DNA from: Alphaproteobacteria bacterium
Lineage (GTDB): Bacteria > Pseudomonadota > Alphaproteobacteria > GCA-2746255
Direction: 5' to 3'
NCBI GenBank assembly: GCA_965249135.1
Contig: OZ252220.1
Span: 1,568,001 to 1,632,000 of the forward strand
DNA: 64,000 bases
A model generated the notes under the pieces. It ran no database searches, had not been told where the DNA came from, and worked only from the letters and a program-made list of their open reading frames with translations. The position numbers and the translations under genes were made by a program. Positions 10,061-24,064 of the stretch are shown piece after piece (the first letter of the stretch is position 1; each line of letters begins with the position of its first letter).

Positions 10061-10510
10061 ATGGAAGATCTGTTGATTGAATGGCACAAATGGACCGAGG
10101 CCTTCCACGTCGTCTTCGTCATCGCCTGGATGGCGGGCATGCTTTACCTGCCGAGACTCTACGTCTATCACGCAGAAGCCGCGACCGACGGCGAAGCGTC
10201 CGAAATGCTGAAGGTGATGGAACGCCGCCTGCTTCGCATCATCATCAATCCGGCCATGCTCGCCGCCTTTCTTTCCGGCGGCCTTTTGCTTCTGACCCCG
10301 GGCGCGGTGGATTGGTCGGCCGGGTGGGTCTACGCAAAACTCGTGCTCGTCTTTACGATGACGGGATTTCACGGTGTGCTTGCGCGGTGGCGCAAGGATT
10401 TCTTGGCGGACCGGAACGGGCGATCGGCCGCGTTCTACCGAAAGATGAACGAGGTGCCGACGGTGCTGATGATCGGGATCGTCATTTTAGTAATCGTGAA
10501 GCCCTTCTGA
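10061..10510 (+). CDS. hemJ: Protoporphyrinogen oxidase HemJ
   Basis: H...VIAWMAGMLYLPRL.VYH, MERRL, NEVPT. Confidence 0.93.
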   Translation: MEDLLIEWHKWTEAFHVVFVIAWMAGMLYLPRLYVYHAEAATDGEASEMLKVMERRLLRIIINPAMLAAFLSGGLLLLTPGAVDWSAGWVYAKLVLVFTMTGFHGVLARWRKDFLADRNGRSAAFYRKMNEVPTVLMIGIVILVIVKPF

Positions 10511-10734
10511 TGCGGGTAACCGCGGGTAAGGCGCTGAAACTCTGGGTTTGACTTCTCCCCATTCGTTCGCTACTGTTTTCGGTCAAGCGGAATTCTTCCA
10601 CCCGCACTCCATCTGAAAATAGAAATGACCTCCGGAGGCTTCCCGGGAGTCTGTGGACAAGCTCCGACCCCAAGCCGACTCTCGGCTCCCCCTTCCGGCC
10701 ATTGCCGCACCCCTCGCAACCTAGATGAAATTCA

Positions 10735-11991
10735 ATGAAATTACAGGAACTTAAGACCAAAGCTCCGGCAGACCTTCTGGCCTATGCCGAGGAGCTTAAG
10801 ATCGAAAACGCAAGCTCGTTGCGCAAGCAGGACATGATGTTTGCGATCTTGAAGCAGCTCGCCGAGAACGACACGGCCATCTTTGGCGACGGCGTTCTCG
10901 AAATCCTTCAAGACGGATTCGGATTCCTGCGCTCGCCCGAGGCGAACTATCTTCCCGGCCCGGACGATATCTATGTCTCGCCAAGCCAGATACGCCGCTT
11001 CGGCCTTCGCACGGGCGATACGGTCGAAGGACAGATCCGTTCCCCGAAGGATGGGGAACGCTACTTCGCGCTTCTGAAAGTGAATGCCGTTAACTTCGAG
11101 GATCCAGAGGCCACCCGCCACCGCATCAATTTTGACAACCTCACGCCGCTTTATCCGGAAGAAAAAATAAACCTAGAAATCGAAGAACCGAAATTAAAGG
11201 ACGTAACATCGCGGGTCGTCGACCTCATTGCACCGCTCGGAAAAGGTCAACGCGCACTGATCGTCTCACCGCCACGCACCGGTAAGACAATGATGTTGCA
11301 GAACATCGCCCACTCCATCATGGCGAATCACAAGGAGTGTTACCTGATTGTTCTTTTGGTGGATGAGCGCCCGGAAGAAGTGACGGACATGGCGCGTTCG
11401 GTGCGCGGCGAAGTGATCAGCTCGACTTTCGACGAGCCGGCAGTACGTCACGTGCAAGTTGCCGAGATGGTGATCGAGAAAGCGAAGCGCCTGGTCGAAC
11501 ATAAGCGCGATGTCATCATCCTTCTTGATTCGATCACGCGTCTTGCGCGCGCCTACAACTCCGTCGTGCCATCTTCCGGCAAGGTGCTGACGGGCGGCGT
11601 CGATGCCAACGCGTTGCAGCGGCCGAAGCGGTTCTTCGGCGCGGCACGGAACATTGAGGAAGGCGGCTCGCTCACGATCATTGCCACCGCGCTTATCGAC
11701 ACCGGCTCGCGTATGGACGAGGTGATCTTCGAAGAATTCAAGGGCACGGGTAATTCCGAAATCATTCTCGACCGCAAGCTTGCCGACAAGCGCACCTTCC
11801 CCTCCATCGACATCACGAAATCCGGTACCCGCAAGGAAGAATTGCTGGTCGATAAGGGCCGGCTGTCGAAGATGTGGGTGCTGCGCCGGATCCTGATGCC
11901 GATGGGGCCGACGGATGGGATGGAGTTCCTGTTGGACAAACTAAAGTCGACGAAGAACAACGACGATTTCTTCGATTCGATGAATACGTAA
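10735..11991 (+). CDS. rho: Transcription termination factor Rho
   Basis: [30 protein letters not shown]. Confidence 0.98.
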   Translation: MKLQELKTKAPADLLAYAEELKIENASSLRKQDMMFAILKQLAENDTAIFGDGVLEILQDGFGFLRSPEANYLPGPDDIYVSPSQIRRFGLRTGDTVEGQIRSPKDGERYFALLKVNAVNFEDPEATRHRINFDNLTPLYPEEKINLEIEEPKLKDVTSRVVDLIAPLGKGQRALIVSPPRTGKTMMLQNIAHSIMANHKECYLIVLLVDERPEEVTDMARSVRGEVISSTFDEPAVRHVQVAEMVIEKAKRLVEHKRDVIILLDSITRLARAYNSVVPSSGKVLTGGVDANALQRPKRFFGAARNIEEGGSLTIIATALIDTGSRMDEVIFEEFKGTGNSEIILDRKLADKRTFPSIDITKSGTRKEELLVDKGRLSKMWVLRRILMPMGPTDGMEFLLDKLKSTKNNDDFFDSMNT

Positions 11992-12020
11992 AGCCCGCCA
12001 TCGCCGGAAAACACGTTCCC

Positions 12021-13007
12021 TCAAGGGCGGAGGATCGAAACGCCCATCGTTCGTCGCGCCTCGATGTCGCTGTGCGCGGTTGCCGCTTCCCGCAAGTCGT
12101 AGGTCTGACGAATTTCGACGCCGAAGGCGCCGGAGCGCACGGCATCGAACACTTCTGCTGCTGTCACCAGCAGGTCCTCACGCTTCGCGATATAGGTAAA
12201 AAGCGACGGGCGCGTGAGGAAAAGCGAGCCTTTCGCCATGAGGTCGATGACGTCGAAGGGAGGAATTTTTCCGGACGACTGACCGAAACTCACCATTAGC
12301 CCGAAGGGCATGAGGCAATCAAGCGAGCCGAAGAAGGTGTCTTGGCCCACCGAGTCGTAGACGACGGCGACCCCCTCGCCCTTCGTGATCGCGCGCGCGC
12401 GTGCGACGAAGTCCTCGTCGCGGTAAAGGATCGGATGGTCGCAGCCGTGACGTGCCGCAAGCTCCGCCTTTTCCTTGTTTCCCACCGTGCCGATGACGGT
12501 GGCTCCCAGATGCTTCGCCCATTGGCAGAGGATAAGACCGACCCCGCCGGCCGCCGCATGGACGAGCACGGTTTCGCCTTTTTCCACCCGGTGGCTGCGG
12601 CGGAGCAGGTAGCAAGCCGTCATGCCCTTGACCATGAGGCCGGCGGCAAGGTCGTCGGGAATGTCGTCCGGCAGTTTGACGAGGCTTGCGGCAGGAATGA
12701 GCCGGCGTTCCGCGTAGGCGCCAAGCAAAAAGGAAGCATAGGCGATGCGATCGCCGACGCGGACCCCGCTCACCCCATCGCCTACCGCCTCGACGACGCC
12801 GGCCGCCTCGACGCCTGGAATGGCGGGCAAGAAAGGAACCGGATAAAGCCCGCTTCGCACATAGGTGTCGTGAAAATTGCAACCGATCGCCGTGTGACGA
12901 ATGCAGGCTTCCCCGGGCCCGGGGGCTTCGATCGGCGCCGTTTCCCATCGGAGGACTTCCGGCCCTCCGGTTTCATGGAAACGGACGGCGCCGGTTGTCT
13001 CAATCAT
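12021..13007 (-). CDS. qor: NADPH:quinone oxidoreductase (zeta-crystallin family)
   Basis: GGPEVL, G.EAAG, HAAAGGVG, YDSVG, GSLFLTRP; start trimmed to MIETTG. Confidence 0.88.
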   Translation of the reverse strand: MIETTGAVRFHETGGPEVLRWETAPIEAPGPGEACIRHTAIGCNFHDTYVRSGLYPVPFLPAIPGVEAAGVVEAVGDGVSGVRVGDRIAYASFLLGAYAERRLIPAASLVKLPDDIPDDLAAGLMVKGMTACYLLRRSHRVEKGETVLVHAAAGGVGLILCQWAKHLGATVIGTVGNKEKAELAARHGCDHPILYRDEDFVARARAITKGEGVAVVYDSVGQDTFFGSLDCLMPFGLMVSFGQSSGKIPPFDVIDLMAKGSLFLTRPSLFTYIAKREDLLVTAAEVFDAVRSGAFGVEIRQTYDLREAATAHSDIEARRTMGVSILRP

Positions 13008-13009
13008 GC

Positions 13010-13705
13010 TTAGCCGAGATGTTCTTTCAGGAAGGCGTGCGTGCGTTGATTGGCAAGCTCGGCCGCGTCCTGGTTGTAGGTGGTCCCCCTCGCCCGCGCA
13101 AAGGCATGGTCGACGCCTGGGTAGGAGTGGATCGTGACGAAGGCGCGGGCGCTCAAGGCCTCCTTGACTTCGGCCTGGGCTTCCTTCGAGACGAACTGAT
13201 CCTCTTCGGCGATGTGGAGCAGCAGTGGCCGCATGATCGCATTCGCTTCCTCCAGCGCCCCTTCGATGCCGACCCCGTAATAGGAAACGGAGCAATCCAC
13301 ATCCGAGCGCGTCGCCATCAGATAGGCCAGCTTACCGCCTAAGCAGTAGCCGACCGTGCCGACGTCGCCCGGGCACTCAGACAGGGATCGCAGGTGGAAC
13401 AGGGTCGAGATCAGATCCTGGATGCCTTTCGCCTCGTGGAAGCCCTGGTAAAGGGCGAAGGCCTTGTCCCATTCTTCCTGGCTCTGATCCGTGAGCTGGA
13501 TGCCGGGCTCCTGGCGCCAGAACAGATCCGGACAGGCAACGATGAAACCGGCTTCGGCAAAACGATCCGCCTTTTCCCGCATCTCCTTGTTCACACCGAA
13601 GATTTCCTGAATGAGCACAAGCCCCGGCGCGGCGCTCGCGGCGGGTTTTGCGAGATAGGCGGAAAACGTGCCCCCATCGGAGGCTTGGATCTGGATGTCA
13701 CTCAT
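13010..13705 (-). CDS. Dienelactone hydrolase family protein
   Basis: QEIFGVN, GYCLGG nucleophile, YPGVDHAF. Confidence 0.9.
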   Translation of the reverse strand: MSDIQIQASDGGTFSAYLAKPAASAAPGLVLIQEIFGVNKEMREKADRFAEAGFIVACPDLFWRQEPGIQLTDQSQEEWDKAFALYQGFHEAKGIQDLISTLFHLRSLSECPGDVGTVGYCLGGKLAYLMATRSDVDCSVSYYGVGIEGALEEANAIMRPLLLHIAEEDQFVSKEAQAEVKEALSARAFVTIHSYPGVDHAFARARGTTYNQDAAELANQRTHAFLKEHLG

Positions 13706-13802
13706 GGTTCCCCCCTGGCCCGGATCGGGTTGTTTTTTACCCCGGTTTTCGGCCGGTTTTCGGTGAAGGATATCCCGCCGGTCCCGCCTTGTCACCCGGG
13801 CG

Positions 13803-14258
13803 TCAGGGCGCGAGGGTTGTGTTTTCCAGGGCGAGCAGGCGGCGCTTCGTCTTCACCCCACCCTTCGCGGAATAGCCGCCGAGGCCGCCATGGGCGGCGA
13901 GCACGCGGTGGCACGGGATGAAGATCGGGATGGGGTTGCGCGAACTTGCGCCGCCCACCGCACGGGGCCCGCTTTTCAGTTTCTTCGCAAGCGCGCCATA
14001 GCTTTGCGTCTTGCCGTAAGGGATCTTCCGCATGGACCGCCAGACGGCCTTTTGGAAAGCCGTGCCCTGGGGGGCAAGCGGCAGATCGAAATCCTGGCGC
14101 CCCCCCTTCAGGTAAGCGCTCAACTGACTCCGCGCCTCCCGAAGGAGCGGGGTTGCTTGCGGGTTTCTGACGGTTCCCCAAGTAAGTCCGGTAATCTTGC
14201 CGCCTTCTTCCGTGAGCGTGATTGTGCCGATGGGGGTCGCGAATGAAAGCTTTGGCAT
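13803..14258 (-). CDS. ogt: Methylated-DNA-protein-cysteine methyltransferase
   Basis: GTAFQ..VW, IPYG..SY, RAVG, IPCHRV; SD AAGGAGG before the ATG. Confidence 0.92.
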   Translation of the reverse strand: MPKLSFATPIGTITLTEEGGKITGLTWGTVRNPQATPLLREARSQLSAYLKGGRQDFDLPLAPQGTAFQKAVWRSMRKIPYGKTQSYGALAKKLKSGPRAVGGASSRNPIPIFIPCHRVLAAHGGLGGYSAKGGVKTKRRLLALENTTLAP

Positions 14259-14268
14259 CGTTTCCTCC

Positions 14269-16299
<2,031 letters not shown>

Positions 16300-16384
16300 C
16301 ACGACCGGCCTGCAAAGACAGGCAAAGTTGGTGGCATTGCGAGGGATTATCCCATGCCTTAGTTTGCGTCGTAAGTGCATTCTT

Positions 16385-16430
16385 TGCCCACGGGATGCCC
16401 ACGGGATGCCCACGGGATGCCCGCGGGATG
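16385..16430. repeat. Tandem repeat, 4 x 11 bp TGCCC(A/G)CGGGA
   Basis: Units start at 16385, 16396, 16407 and 16418; last unit has one substitution. Confidence 0.95.
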
Positions 16431-16454
16431 TAAGAGAGAAGGCAAACGGAACCG

Positions 16455-16805
16455 ATGCCCCGAAAGTCGGAAGACCCCTCGCCGCGTTACCGCAAGCACG
16501 TCTTCGTTTGCGTGAACGCGCGCGACCCTGAGGATGCGCGGGGATGTTGCGCGGCGAAGGGAAGTCTGGCCCTTCGCGATCACATGAAACAACGGGTGAA
16601 GGAGCTTGGCCTCAGCGACATTCGGATCAACAAGGCAGGCTGTTTGGATGCGTGCGAAACGGGTCCGACCGTCGTCGTCTATCCGGAAGGCGTATGGTAC
16701 CGCTGCGAAACGAAACAGGACGCCGACGAAATTCTTCTCGTCCACCTTCGGGATAACGGCCGCGTTCTCCGCCTGATGCTCGATCGCAATGAGGCGGACG
16801 ACTAG
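16455..16805 (+). CDS. Thioredoxin-like [2Fe-2S] ferredoxin
   Basis: HVFVC.N.R...CC, GCLDAC..GP..VVYPEGVWY. Confidence 0.88.
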   Translation: MPRKSEDPSPRYRKHVFVCVNARDPEDARGCCAAKGSLALRDHMKQRVKELGLSDIRINKAGCLDACETGPTVVVYPEGVWYRCETKQDADEILLVHLRDNGRVLRLMLDRNEADD

Positions 16806-16841
16806 GCAAATCCAGCTCCATTCAAGGAAGATGAGATTTCG

Positions 16842-18176
16842 ATGCGGCAGGATACGATCTTCGCCCTTGCCAGCGGGCAGGCCCGCGCCGGGATCGCGGT
16901 GATCCGCATCTCCGGCGAGAAGGCGGGCTGGGCCCTCTCAAACCTTTCTGGCGCACCCCTGCCGGAAGCGCGACGCGCGAGCCGTGTCCGGCTTTGCGAC
17001 CCGGCGACGGGCGAGGCCCTGGATAGCGGCCTTGCCCTTTGGTTCCCGGCTCCGAAAAGCTTTACCGGCGAGGCGGTGGCGGAGCTTCACCTCCATGGCG
17101 GGCGGGCCTGCGTCGGGGACGTGCTGGCCGCTCTTTCCCGTCTTTCGGGCCTGAGGCTGGCGGATCCCGGCGAATTTACCCGGCGGGCCTTCGAAAACGG
17201 CAAGCTGGACCTGACGGAGGTGGAGGGCTTGGCCGACCTGGTCCAGGCGGAGACGGCGGCCCAGCGCCGTCAGGCGTTGCGTCAGTTCGAAGGCGGCTTG
17301 CGCGAACGCTACGAAGGCTGGCGGGAGGCATTGCTTCAGGCGCTGGCCCGCATCGAGGCTGAGATCGACTTCGTCGATGAGGAACTTCCGAAAGACGTGG
17401 TGGCGAGCGCAGGCGAAGCGGCGGCGCGGGTGGCGGAAGAGATTTGCGTCCATCTCGACGACAACCGGCGTGGGGAGCGGCTGCGAGAAGGGTTCTGGAT
17501 CGTGCTTCTGGGTGCTCCGAATTCAGGCAAGTCGACGTTGTTGAATGCGATCGCACGGCGCGAGGCGGCAATCGTCTCGGAAGAACCCGGTACGACTCGC
17601 GACATCGTGGAAGTAGGACTCGATCTCGGCGGGTTTCCGGTCGTGGTTGCGGATACGGCGGGTCTTAGGGAGCCCAAGGGTACGGTCGAACGGGAAGGGG
17701 TGAAACGTGCCCGCAAGCGCGCCTCGGAATCGGACTTGAGGCTCACTCTTTTCGATGGAAACGCATGGCCGGAATGCGATCCTGAAACCCGCGCCCTTGT
17801 GGATAAAAACAGCATTCCGGTGATCACGAAGGCGGACCTTCATGGAACAATCGAAAATCCACGCGTCGAAAACATAGACGCGATCTCGATTTCCGCGAAG
17901 ACGGGGGAAGGGATGGACGTTCTTCTCCGGCGCCTGGAAAAGGAGATCGAGGCCCGCATGGAAGGAAGCGGTTCGCCGCCTTTAACGCGGCTTCGCCATC
18001 GGGTGAGCCTGGAAGACTGCGCGCAGGCGCTGGAGCGGTTTTCGAAAGCAAGCGCGCCGGAGCTGGCGGCGGAAGACTTGCGGCTCGCGGTTCGCGCCCT
18101 TGGCCGGATCACCGGCCGGGTCGACGTGGAAGACGTGCTCGACCGTCTCTTCGCCGAGTTCTGCATCGGCAAGTAA
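16842..18176 (+). CDS. mnmE: tRNA modification GTPase MnmE
   Basis: [29 protein letters not shown]-terminal FCIGK. Confidence 0.97.
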   Translation: MRQDTIFALASGQARAGIAVIRISGEKAGWALSNLSGAPLPEARRASRVRLCDPATGEALDSGLALWFPAPKSFTGEAVAELHLHGGRACVGDVLAALSRLSGLRLADPGEFTRRAFENGKLDLTEVEGLADLVQAETAAQRRQALRQFEGGLRERYEGWREALLQALARIEAEIDFVDEELPKDVVASAGEAAARVAEEICVHLDDNRRGERLREGFWIVLLGAPNSGKSTLLNAIARREAAIVSEEPGTTRDIVEVGLDLGGFPVVVADTAGLREPKGTVEREGVKRARKRASESDLRLTLFDGNAWPECDPETRALVDKNSIPVITKADLHGTIENPRVENIDAISISAKTGEGMDVLLRRLEKEIEARMEGSGSPPLTRLRHRVSLEDCAQALERFSKASAPELAAEDLRLAVRALGRITGRVDVEDVLDRLFAEFCIGK

Positions 18177-18232
18177 GGCCCCCGGCCCTTCCCATTTTGA
18201 CAGCGATCCGGGCGGCGACTAGGTTTGCCGCC

Positions 18233-20116
18233 ATGAAACGGAACCGTTACGACGTGATTGTCGTGGGCGGCGGCCATGCCGGCACGGAAGCCGCCGCCGC
18301 GGCGGCCCGCATCGGTGCGCGTACGCTCTTGATCACCCACCGGCTCGACACGATCGGGGAGATGTCCTGCAACCCAGCGATCGGCGGGGTCGGCAAGGGC
18401 CACCTGGTGCGCGAGATCGATGCCCTGGATGGCTTGATGGGACGCGCGATCGATCGCGCCGGCATCCAGTTTCGGGTTCTCAACCGGAGCAAGGGGCCGG
18501 CCGTTCGCGGCCCCCGGGCCCAGGCCGATCGCCGACTTTACAAGCAGGCGATGGCGGAGGCTTTAAGCGCGATCCCTAACCTCACCCTTCGGGCGGCGCC
18601 GGTGGGTGATCTGGCGCTTGATAAAAAAGGTCAGCGCGTTCAAGGGGTTATAACGGAGGCCGGCGCCGTGCTCCCGGCCGGCGCCGTCGTGCTTACGACG
18701 GGCACCTTCCTCGGCGGGCTTATTCATATCGGCACCGAAACAACGCCGGCCGGCCGAGTTGGAGAGGCGCCCTCGACCGGCCTTTCCAAGACCCTGGATC
18801 GGGCCGGTTTCGGATTGGGGTGCCTCAAGACCGGCACCCCGCCCCGGCTCGACGGCCGGACGATTGATTGGACCGGGCTTCAGCGCCAGCCCGGCGATGA
18901 CCCGCCCGTGCCCTTCTCGATGCTTACCGAGAAGATCACGACGCCGCAGATCGCTTGCCACCTCACCGCCACGACGCGGGCGAGCCACGCACTGATCAGG
19001 AAACATTTACATCTTTCGCCGATTTATTCGGGACAGATCGAAAGCGTCGGTCCGCGTTACTGTCCTTCCATCGAAGACAAGGTCGTTCGTTTTGCCGAAC
19101 GCGCACGTCACCAGATCTTTCTCGAGCCGGAAGGGTTAGAGGACGACACCGTTTATCCAAACGGGATTTCGACGTCGCTTCCCAAAGACGTGCAGGCGAA
19201 GTTGCTGGAAACGATTCCAGGTTTAGAGAAGGCGCGCATGCTGCGCCCGGGCTACGCGATCGAATACGATTACGTCGATCCGCGGGAGCTTACGCAATCC
19301 CTTGAAACTAAAAGAATATCCGGGCTATTCCTGGCCGGCCAAATCAACGGAACGACGGGCTATGAAGAGGCGGGCGCGCAAGGCATCGTCGCCGGTTTCA
19401 ACGCCGCCCTTTTCGTTTCGGGAAGTGACGCCCTTACGCTGGATCGAACGGATGCCTATATCGGTGTCCTGATCGACGATTTGATTACACACGGCGTAAG
19501 CGAGCCCTATCGTATGTTCACCTCGCGTGCCGAATACCGGCTTCGGCTTCGTGCCGACAACGCCGATCAGCGGCTGACCGAAAAAGGAATCCGGATCGGC
19601 GGGGTAAGCGCTGTGCGCGCGCGTCACTTCACGACGAAACGGGCAGCGCTCGAAAAAGCACGAGCGCAGGTAGAGGCACTTTCGGCAACGCCGAGCGAAC
19701 TTGCCCGCTTTGGGCTTTCCATCAACCTGGACGGCGTTCGGCGCACGGCCGCGCAGTTGCTTGCCCATCCGGAGCTGGATCTGGAAAGGCTGGTGACGAT
19801 CTGGCCTGAGCTTCGGGATTTGCGCCGGGATGTCGCCGAACAGCTGGAGATCGATGCCCGCTATGCCACCTATTTCGAACGCCAGGAGGCGGATATCCGT
19901 GCTTTCCGCCGGGATGAAGCCTTGCTGCTGCCGCCGGATCTCGATTTTGAGGCCGTCGGCGGCCTCTCGAACGAGGCGCGGCTGAAACTCAACGCCGCCC
20001 GCCCGGCCACCTTGGGGGCGGCGGCGCGGGTCCCCGGCGTGACCCCGGCGGCGCTTACCGCGCTTCTTGCCCATGTGCGGCGACAGAAATCCGACCGTCG
20101 AACCCGGGTCGCCTGA
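18233..20116 (+). CDS. mnmG: tRNA uridine-5-carboxymethylaminomethyl modification enzyme MnmG (GidA)
   Basis: [41 protein letters not shown]. Confidence 0.97.
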   Translation: MKRNRYDVIVVGGGHAGTEAAAAAARIGARTLLITHRLDTIGEMSCNPAIGGVGKGHLVREIDALDGLMGRAIDRAGIQFRVLNRSKGPAVRGPRAQADRRLYKQAMAEALSAIPNLTLRAAPVGDLALDKKGQRVQGVITEAGAVLPAGAVVLTTGTFLGGLIHIGTETTPAGRVGEAPSTGLSKTLDRAGFGLGCLKTGTPPRLDGRTIDWTGLQRQPGDDPPVPFSMLTEKITTPQIACHLTATTRASHALIRKHLHLSPIYSGQIESVGPRYCPSIEDKVVRFAERARHQIFLEPEGLEDDTVYPNGISTSLPKDVQAKLLETIPGLEKARMLRPGYAIEYDYVDPRELTQSLETKRISGLFLAGQINGTTGYEEAGAQGIVAGFNAALFVSGSDALTLDRTDAYIGVLIDDLITHGVSEPYRMFTSRAEYRLRLRADNADQRLTEKGIRIGGVSAVRARHFTTKRAALEKARAQVEALSATPSELARFGLSINLDGVRRTAAQLLAHPELDLERLVTIWPELRDLRRDVAEQLEIDARYATYFERQEADIRAFRRDEALLLPPDLDFEAVGGLSNEARLKLNAARPATLGAAARVPGVTPAALTALLAHVRRQKSDRRTRVA

Positions 20117-20126
20117 CCGCGCCGCC

Positions 20127-20748
20127 ATGGGATCGATCGCCCCATCTACGCTAAAAATTGAAGAATTTCAAAGGCTTACGAATGTTTCACGTGAAACACT
20201 CGGGCGTCTCGCGGCCTATCTCCGGCTGCTGGAGCACTGGCAGCGGCGGATCAATCTGGTCGGCGGCCAAAGCCTCGCCGATTCCTGGCGCCGCCATTTC
20301 CTGGATTCGGCCCAGCTTCTCCCGCTTCTGCCGGAAGGAGCGCGGTCCATCGTCGATCTAGGCAGCGGCGCCGGCTTTCCTGGGCTGGTTTTGGGGATCC
20401 TGGGGGTTCCGAAAGTGCATCTGGTGGAGAGCGATGGCCGGAAATGTGAGTTTCTCCGGGAGGCCGCCCGGGAAACGGGGGTTTCGGCGGTGATCCATTC
20501 GGTCCGAATCGCGGATTTGGCCCCCTGGTCGGTCGATGCGGTGACGGTTCGGGCCCTGGCACCCCTTTCTTCCCTGCTTTCTTTGGCCCTGCCTTTCCTC
20601 GATTTGGGCGCCGTCGGCCTATTTTTGAAAGGAAAAGGCGTGTTTGAGGAATTGACCGAGGCCGAAAAAAGCTGGAAGATGGCGATTGAGCGATTTCCAA
20701 GCCAATCGGATCCGGATGGGGTGATCCTTCGTCTGGGAGACGTCCGCC

Positions 20749-20759
<11 letters not shown>
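20127..20759 (+). CDS. rsmG: 16S rRNA m7G527 methyltransferase (GidB)
   Basis: RHFLDS, DLGSGAGFPG, RALA; follows mnmG. Confidence 0.94.
20183..20198. promoter_or_regulatory. parS centromere site
   Basis: Perfect palindrome TGTTTCACGTGAAACA matching the parS consensus, upstream of parAB. Confidence 0.93.
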
Positions 20760-21614
<855 letters not shown>

Positions 21615-21618
<4 letters not shown>

Positions 21619-22520
21619 CGGACGAAGGCAAACGTCGTGGGCTCGGGCGTGGGTTAGCTTCGCTTCTCGGTGAAGAGACGGAGGATTACGCCTCCCTTGA
21701 TCGCGTACGCCAGGGAAAGACGGTTCCGGTCGATCTGATCCGACCCGGGCGGCACCAGCCACGCCACCGTTTCGATGAGACGGCGATCGAGGCGCTCGCT
21801 CAATCCATTCGCGAGAAAGGAATCCTACAGCCCATTCTCGTTCGTCGGACCGAGGAGGGCGACCGCTATGAGATCATCGCCGGCGAACGGCGTTGGCGCG
21901 CCGCTCAAGCCGCCGGCCTGCACGAGATACCCGTTCTCATCCGCAGTTTAACGGACAGCGACGCCCTCGAAATCGCACTCGTTGAAAACGTCCAGCGCCA
22001 GGATCTAACGCCGTTGGAAGAGGCGGAAGGCTATCAACGCCTGATCGACGAATTCACCCGTACCCAAGAGGATCTCGCAAAAGTAGTTGGCAAGAGCCGA
22101 AGCCACATCGCCAACACGCTTCGTCTGCTTGGCTTGCCGCCGAAGGTGAGGGAGATGCTGGAAACCGGCGAGTTGAGCGCCGGCCATGGGCGCGCAATTT
22201 TGAATGCGGCGAGCATGGAGGCCCTTGCCAAGGAAGTCGTCCGCAAGGGGTTGAACGTGCGGCAAACCGAAGCGCTGGTTCGCCGACAGCAAAAAGGCGG
22301 GCAATCGAAGCCGATACCGATCACGAAGGATGCGGACACGCTTGCACTCGAGCGCGATCTTTCCGCGCTTTTGGGATTGCGCGTCACCGTTCGTTTCCAT
22401 GGCAAGAAGGGGGGCGAGCTGATCGTGCATTACCAAACGCTCGAACAGCTCGACGACGTGCTTCGCCGTCTAAATCATCCGGCCGCAGACGCGCTTGCGA
22501 TGAAAGATTCGAACGGCTAG
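21615..22520 (+). CDS. parB: Chromosome partitioning protein ParB
   Basis: LGRGL, QPI.VR, AGERRWRA, ENVQR.DL, HTH region KSRSHIAN. Confidence 0.96.
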
Positions 22521-23536
22521 CTTTCCCGGCCGCTGCGCGTGGCAATTTCCAGAAGGGTGCGATCGCAAATTGCCTTCGTCGGCAGGCCGCTCGATTTGCA
22601 GGCCACTTCACGTTCGGCCAAAAGCTCAAGCGCGCGCCCAAGGGCGGGCAGCGACCAGCGATCGGCCTGCTCACGAAAGGCGGGCAGGCGTTTGAAGAAA
22701 ACGGGAGGTTTCAGCGCCCGGAGTGCCTCGTTCAAATTTTCACCCCGTTCCATGTGGCCGCGCACGAGATGGAGCCGCAGGAAATGATGGCTTGTCGCGC
22801 GGAGAATGGCGACGGGCGACGTGCCTTCGAGGTGCACGCGTTCAAGCGTGCGTTCGAGCGTATCCCGTCCGCCCCGGCCCACTGCGAAGGCGATGTCCTC
22901 AAGGGTGAGCGTCGAGCTGTCGCCGATCGATTCGACGACGTCGGCTAACGTAACCCTTTCATTGCCTTCGACGTAAAGCTTGAGCTTCTCCAGCTCGCGG
23001 CGCGTAACCAGGCGGTCGCCGCCAAGGTGAGCGAGCAGGTAGGCGCGGGCGTCCGGCTCGATTTCGAAGCCCTTGAGCTCGTCCCGGATGATCCGCTCGA
23101 GCGAGGCACCTTCGTCCCCGTAACAGGGGATGGCGGCCGCCTGCTTGGCCCCTTCGAAGAGGCGCCTGAGCGTGGAGCGTGGGCCAAGCTCGTCCGCGCC
23201 GAGCAGAAGAAGCGCCTCGCCCATGGGGTCGGCGAGAAAGTCGCGCAAGCAATTCGTAAGCACATCGTTAGCGGAAAGAATACGAACGACGCGCCGCCCA
23301 CCGGTAAGCGCCAGCGCAGACGCTTCGTCCCGAAGACGTGCCGGGTCCTTCTTGATGTCGCCCGCATGAAGATCGCTTAAACGAAACGGATCCTTCGGAT
23401 CTTCCAAGGTGGCGGCGATCAAGGCAGTGAGACGTTCGTGAACCTGACCTGCGTCTCTTCCATAAATCAAGACGGCGCGCGTTTCTGGATTTGGGTTTTG
23501 CAGAAAGGAATCGATTTGCTGCGGCGCAATCTTCAT
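22517..23536 (-). CDS. holA: DNA polymerase III delta subunit
   Basis: LIYG.D.G, ELEKL.LY, PPVFFK; leuS-lptE-holA synteny. Confidence 0.9.
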   Translation of the reverse strand: MKIAPQQIDSFLQNPNPETRAVLIYGRDAGQVHERLTALIAATLEDPKDPFRLSDLHAGDIKKDPARLRDEASALALTGGRRVVRILSANDVLTNCLRDFLADPMGEALLLLGADELGPRSTLRRLFEGAKQAAAIPCYGDEGASLERIIRDELKGFEIEPDARAYLLAHLGGDRLVTRRELEKLKLYVEGNERVTLADVVESIGDSSTLTLEDIAFAVGRGGRDTLERTLERVHLEGTSPVAILRATSHHFLRLHLVRGHMERGENLNEALRALKPPVFFKRLPAFREQADRWSLPALGRALELLAEREVACKSSGLPTKAICDRTLLEIATRSGRES

Positions 23537-23545
23537 CGTTTCCGT

Positions 23546-24064
23546 CTACTGCGCCGCTAGATTCTGACGGCTTAAATGAATGGCAAGACTCGTTTTTATA
23601 TTATCGCTTACTTTTAGAATGAGGCGATCGCGAATGTCTTTTTCGGCAGCGAGCGTTGCGAAATCGGATTGGAGAATATTGTAGCTGCCCACGGTTTTTT
23701 GCTCGGAGGTGAAGACAGCCTTCCGCGTAACGCTGTCATAAAGCGTGTATTCTACGTGGAGGCGCAAATTCGCGCGCGTGGCCGTTTCGTCTTTGCGAAT
23801 GCCGAGCTCCTGAATGGTTTCGGTCGCGGAAACGCGGAGGAAATAACGCGGGCGCGATGGCGGTCCCTTCGGCGTGATGCGATCCAAAAGCGCATTCCGA
23901 AATTCCTGGCCTAAGCGATCCGGGATCCGTTCAATCTTGATGTGTGCGAGTTGATCCGCCGCGCCCACGCCGGTCGTTTGCGTGCGCCCGTGAAGCGGAC
24001 GGAAACCGCACGCCGCCAAACTCAGCAGCATCGCAACCAGAACGGCGGTTTTAAACGACAACAT
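23546..24064 (-). CDS. lptE: LPS assembly lipoprotein LptE
   Basis: Lipobox LAACGFRPL; between leuS and holA. Confidence 0.82.
   Translation of the reverse strand: MLSFKTAVLVAMLLSLAACGFRPLHGRTQTTGVGAADQLAHIKIERIPDRLGQEFRNALLDRITPKGPPSRPRYFLRVSATETIQELGIRKDETATRANLRLHVEYTLYDSVTRKAVFTSEQKTVGSYNILQSDFATLAAEKDIRDRLILKVSDNIKTSLAIHLSRQNLAAQ

Noticed and set aside
12970-12982. parS-like GTTTCATGGAAAC in qor
   Set aside because: One base shorter than the parS core, so half-site spacing is wrong
16385-16430. Possible CRISPR or iteron array
   Set aside because: Units are 11 bp with no spacers, and no cas or rep gene is nearby; kept as a tandem repeat only
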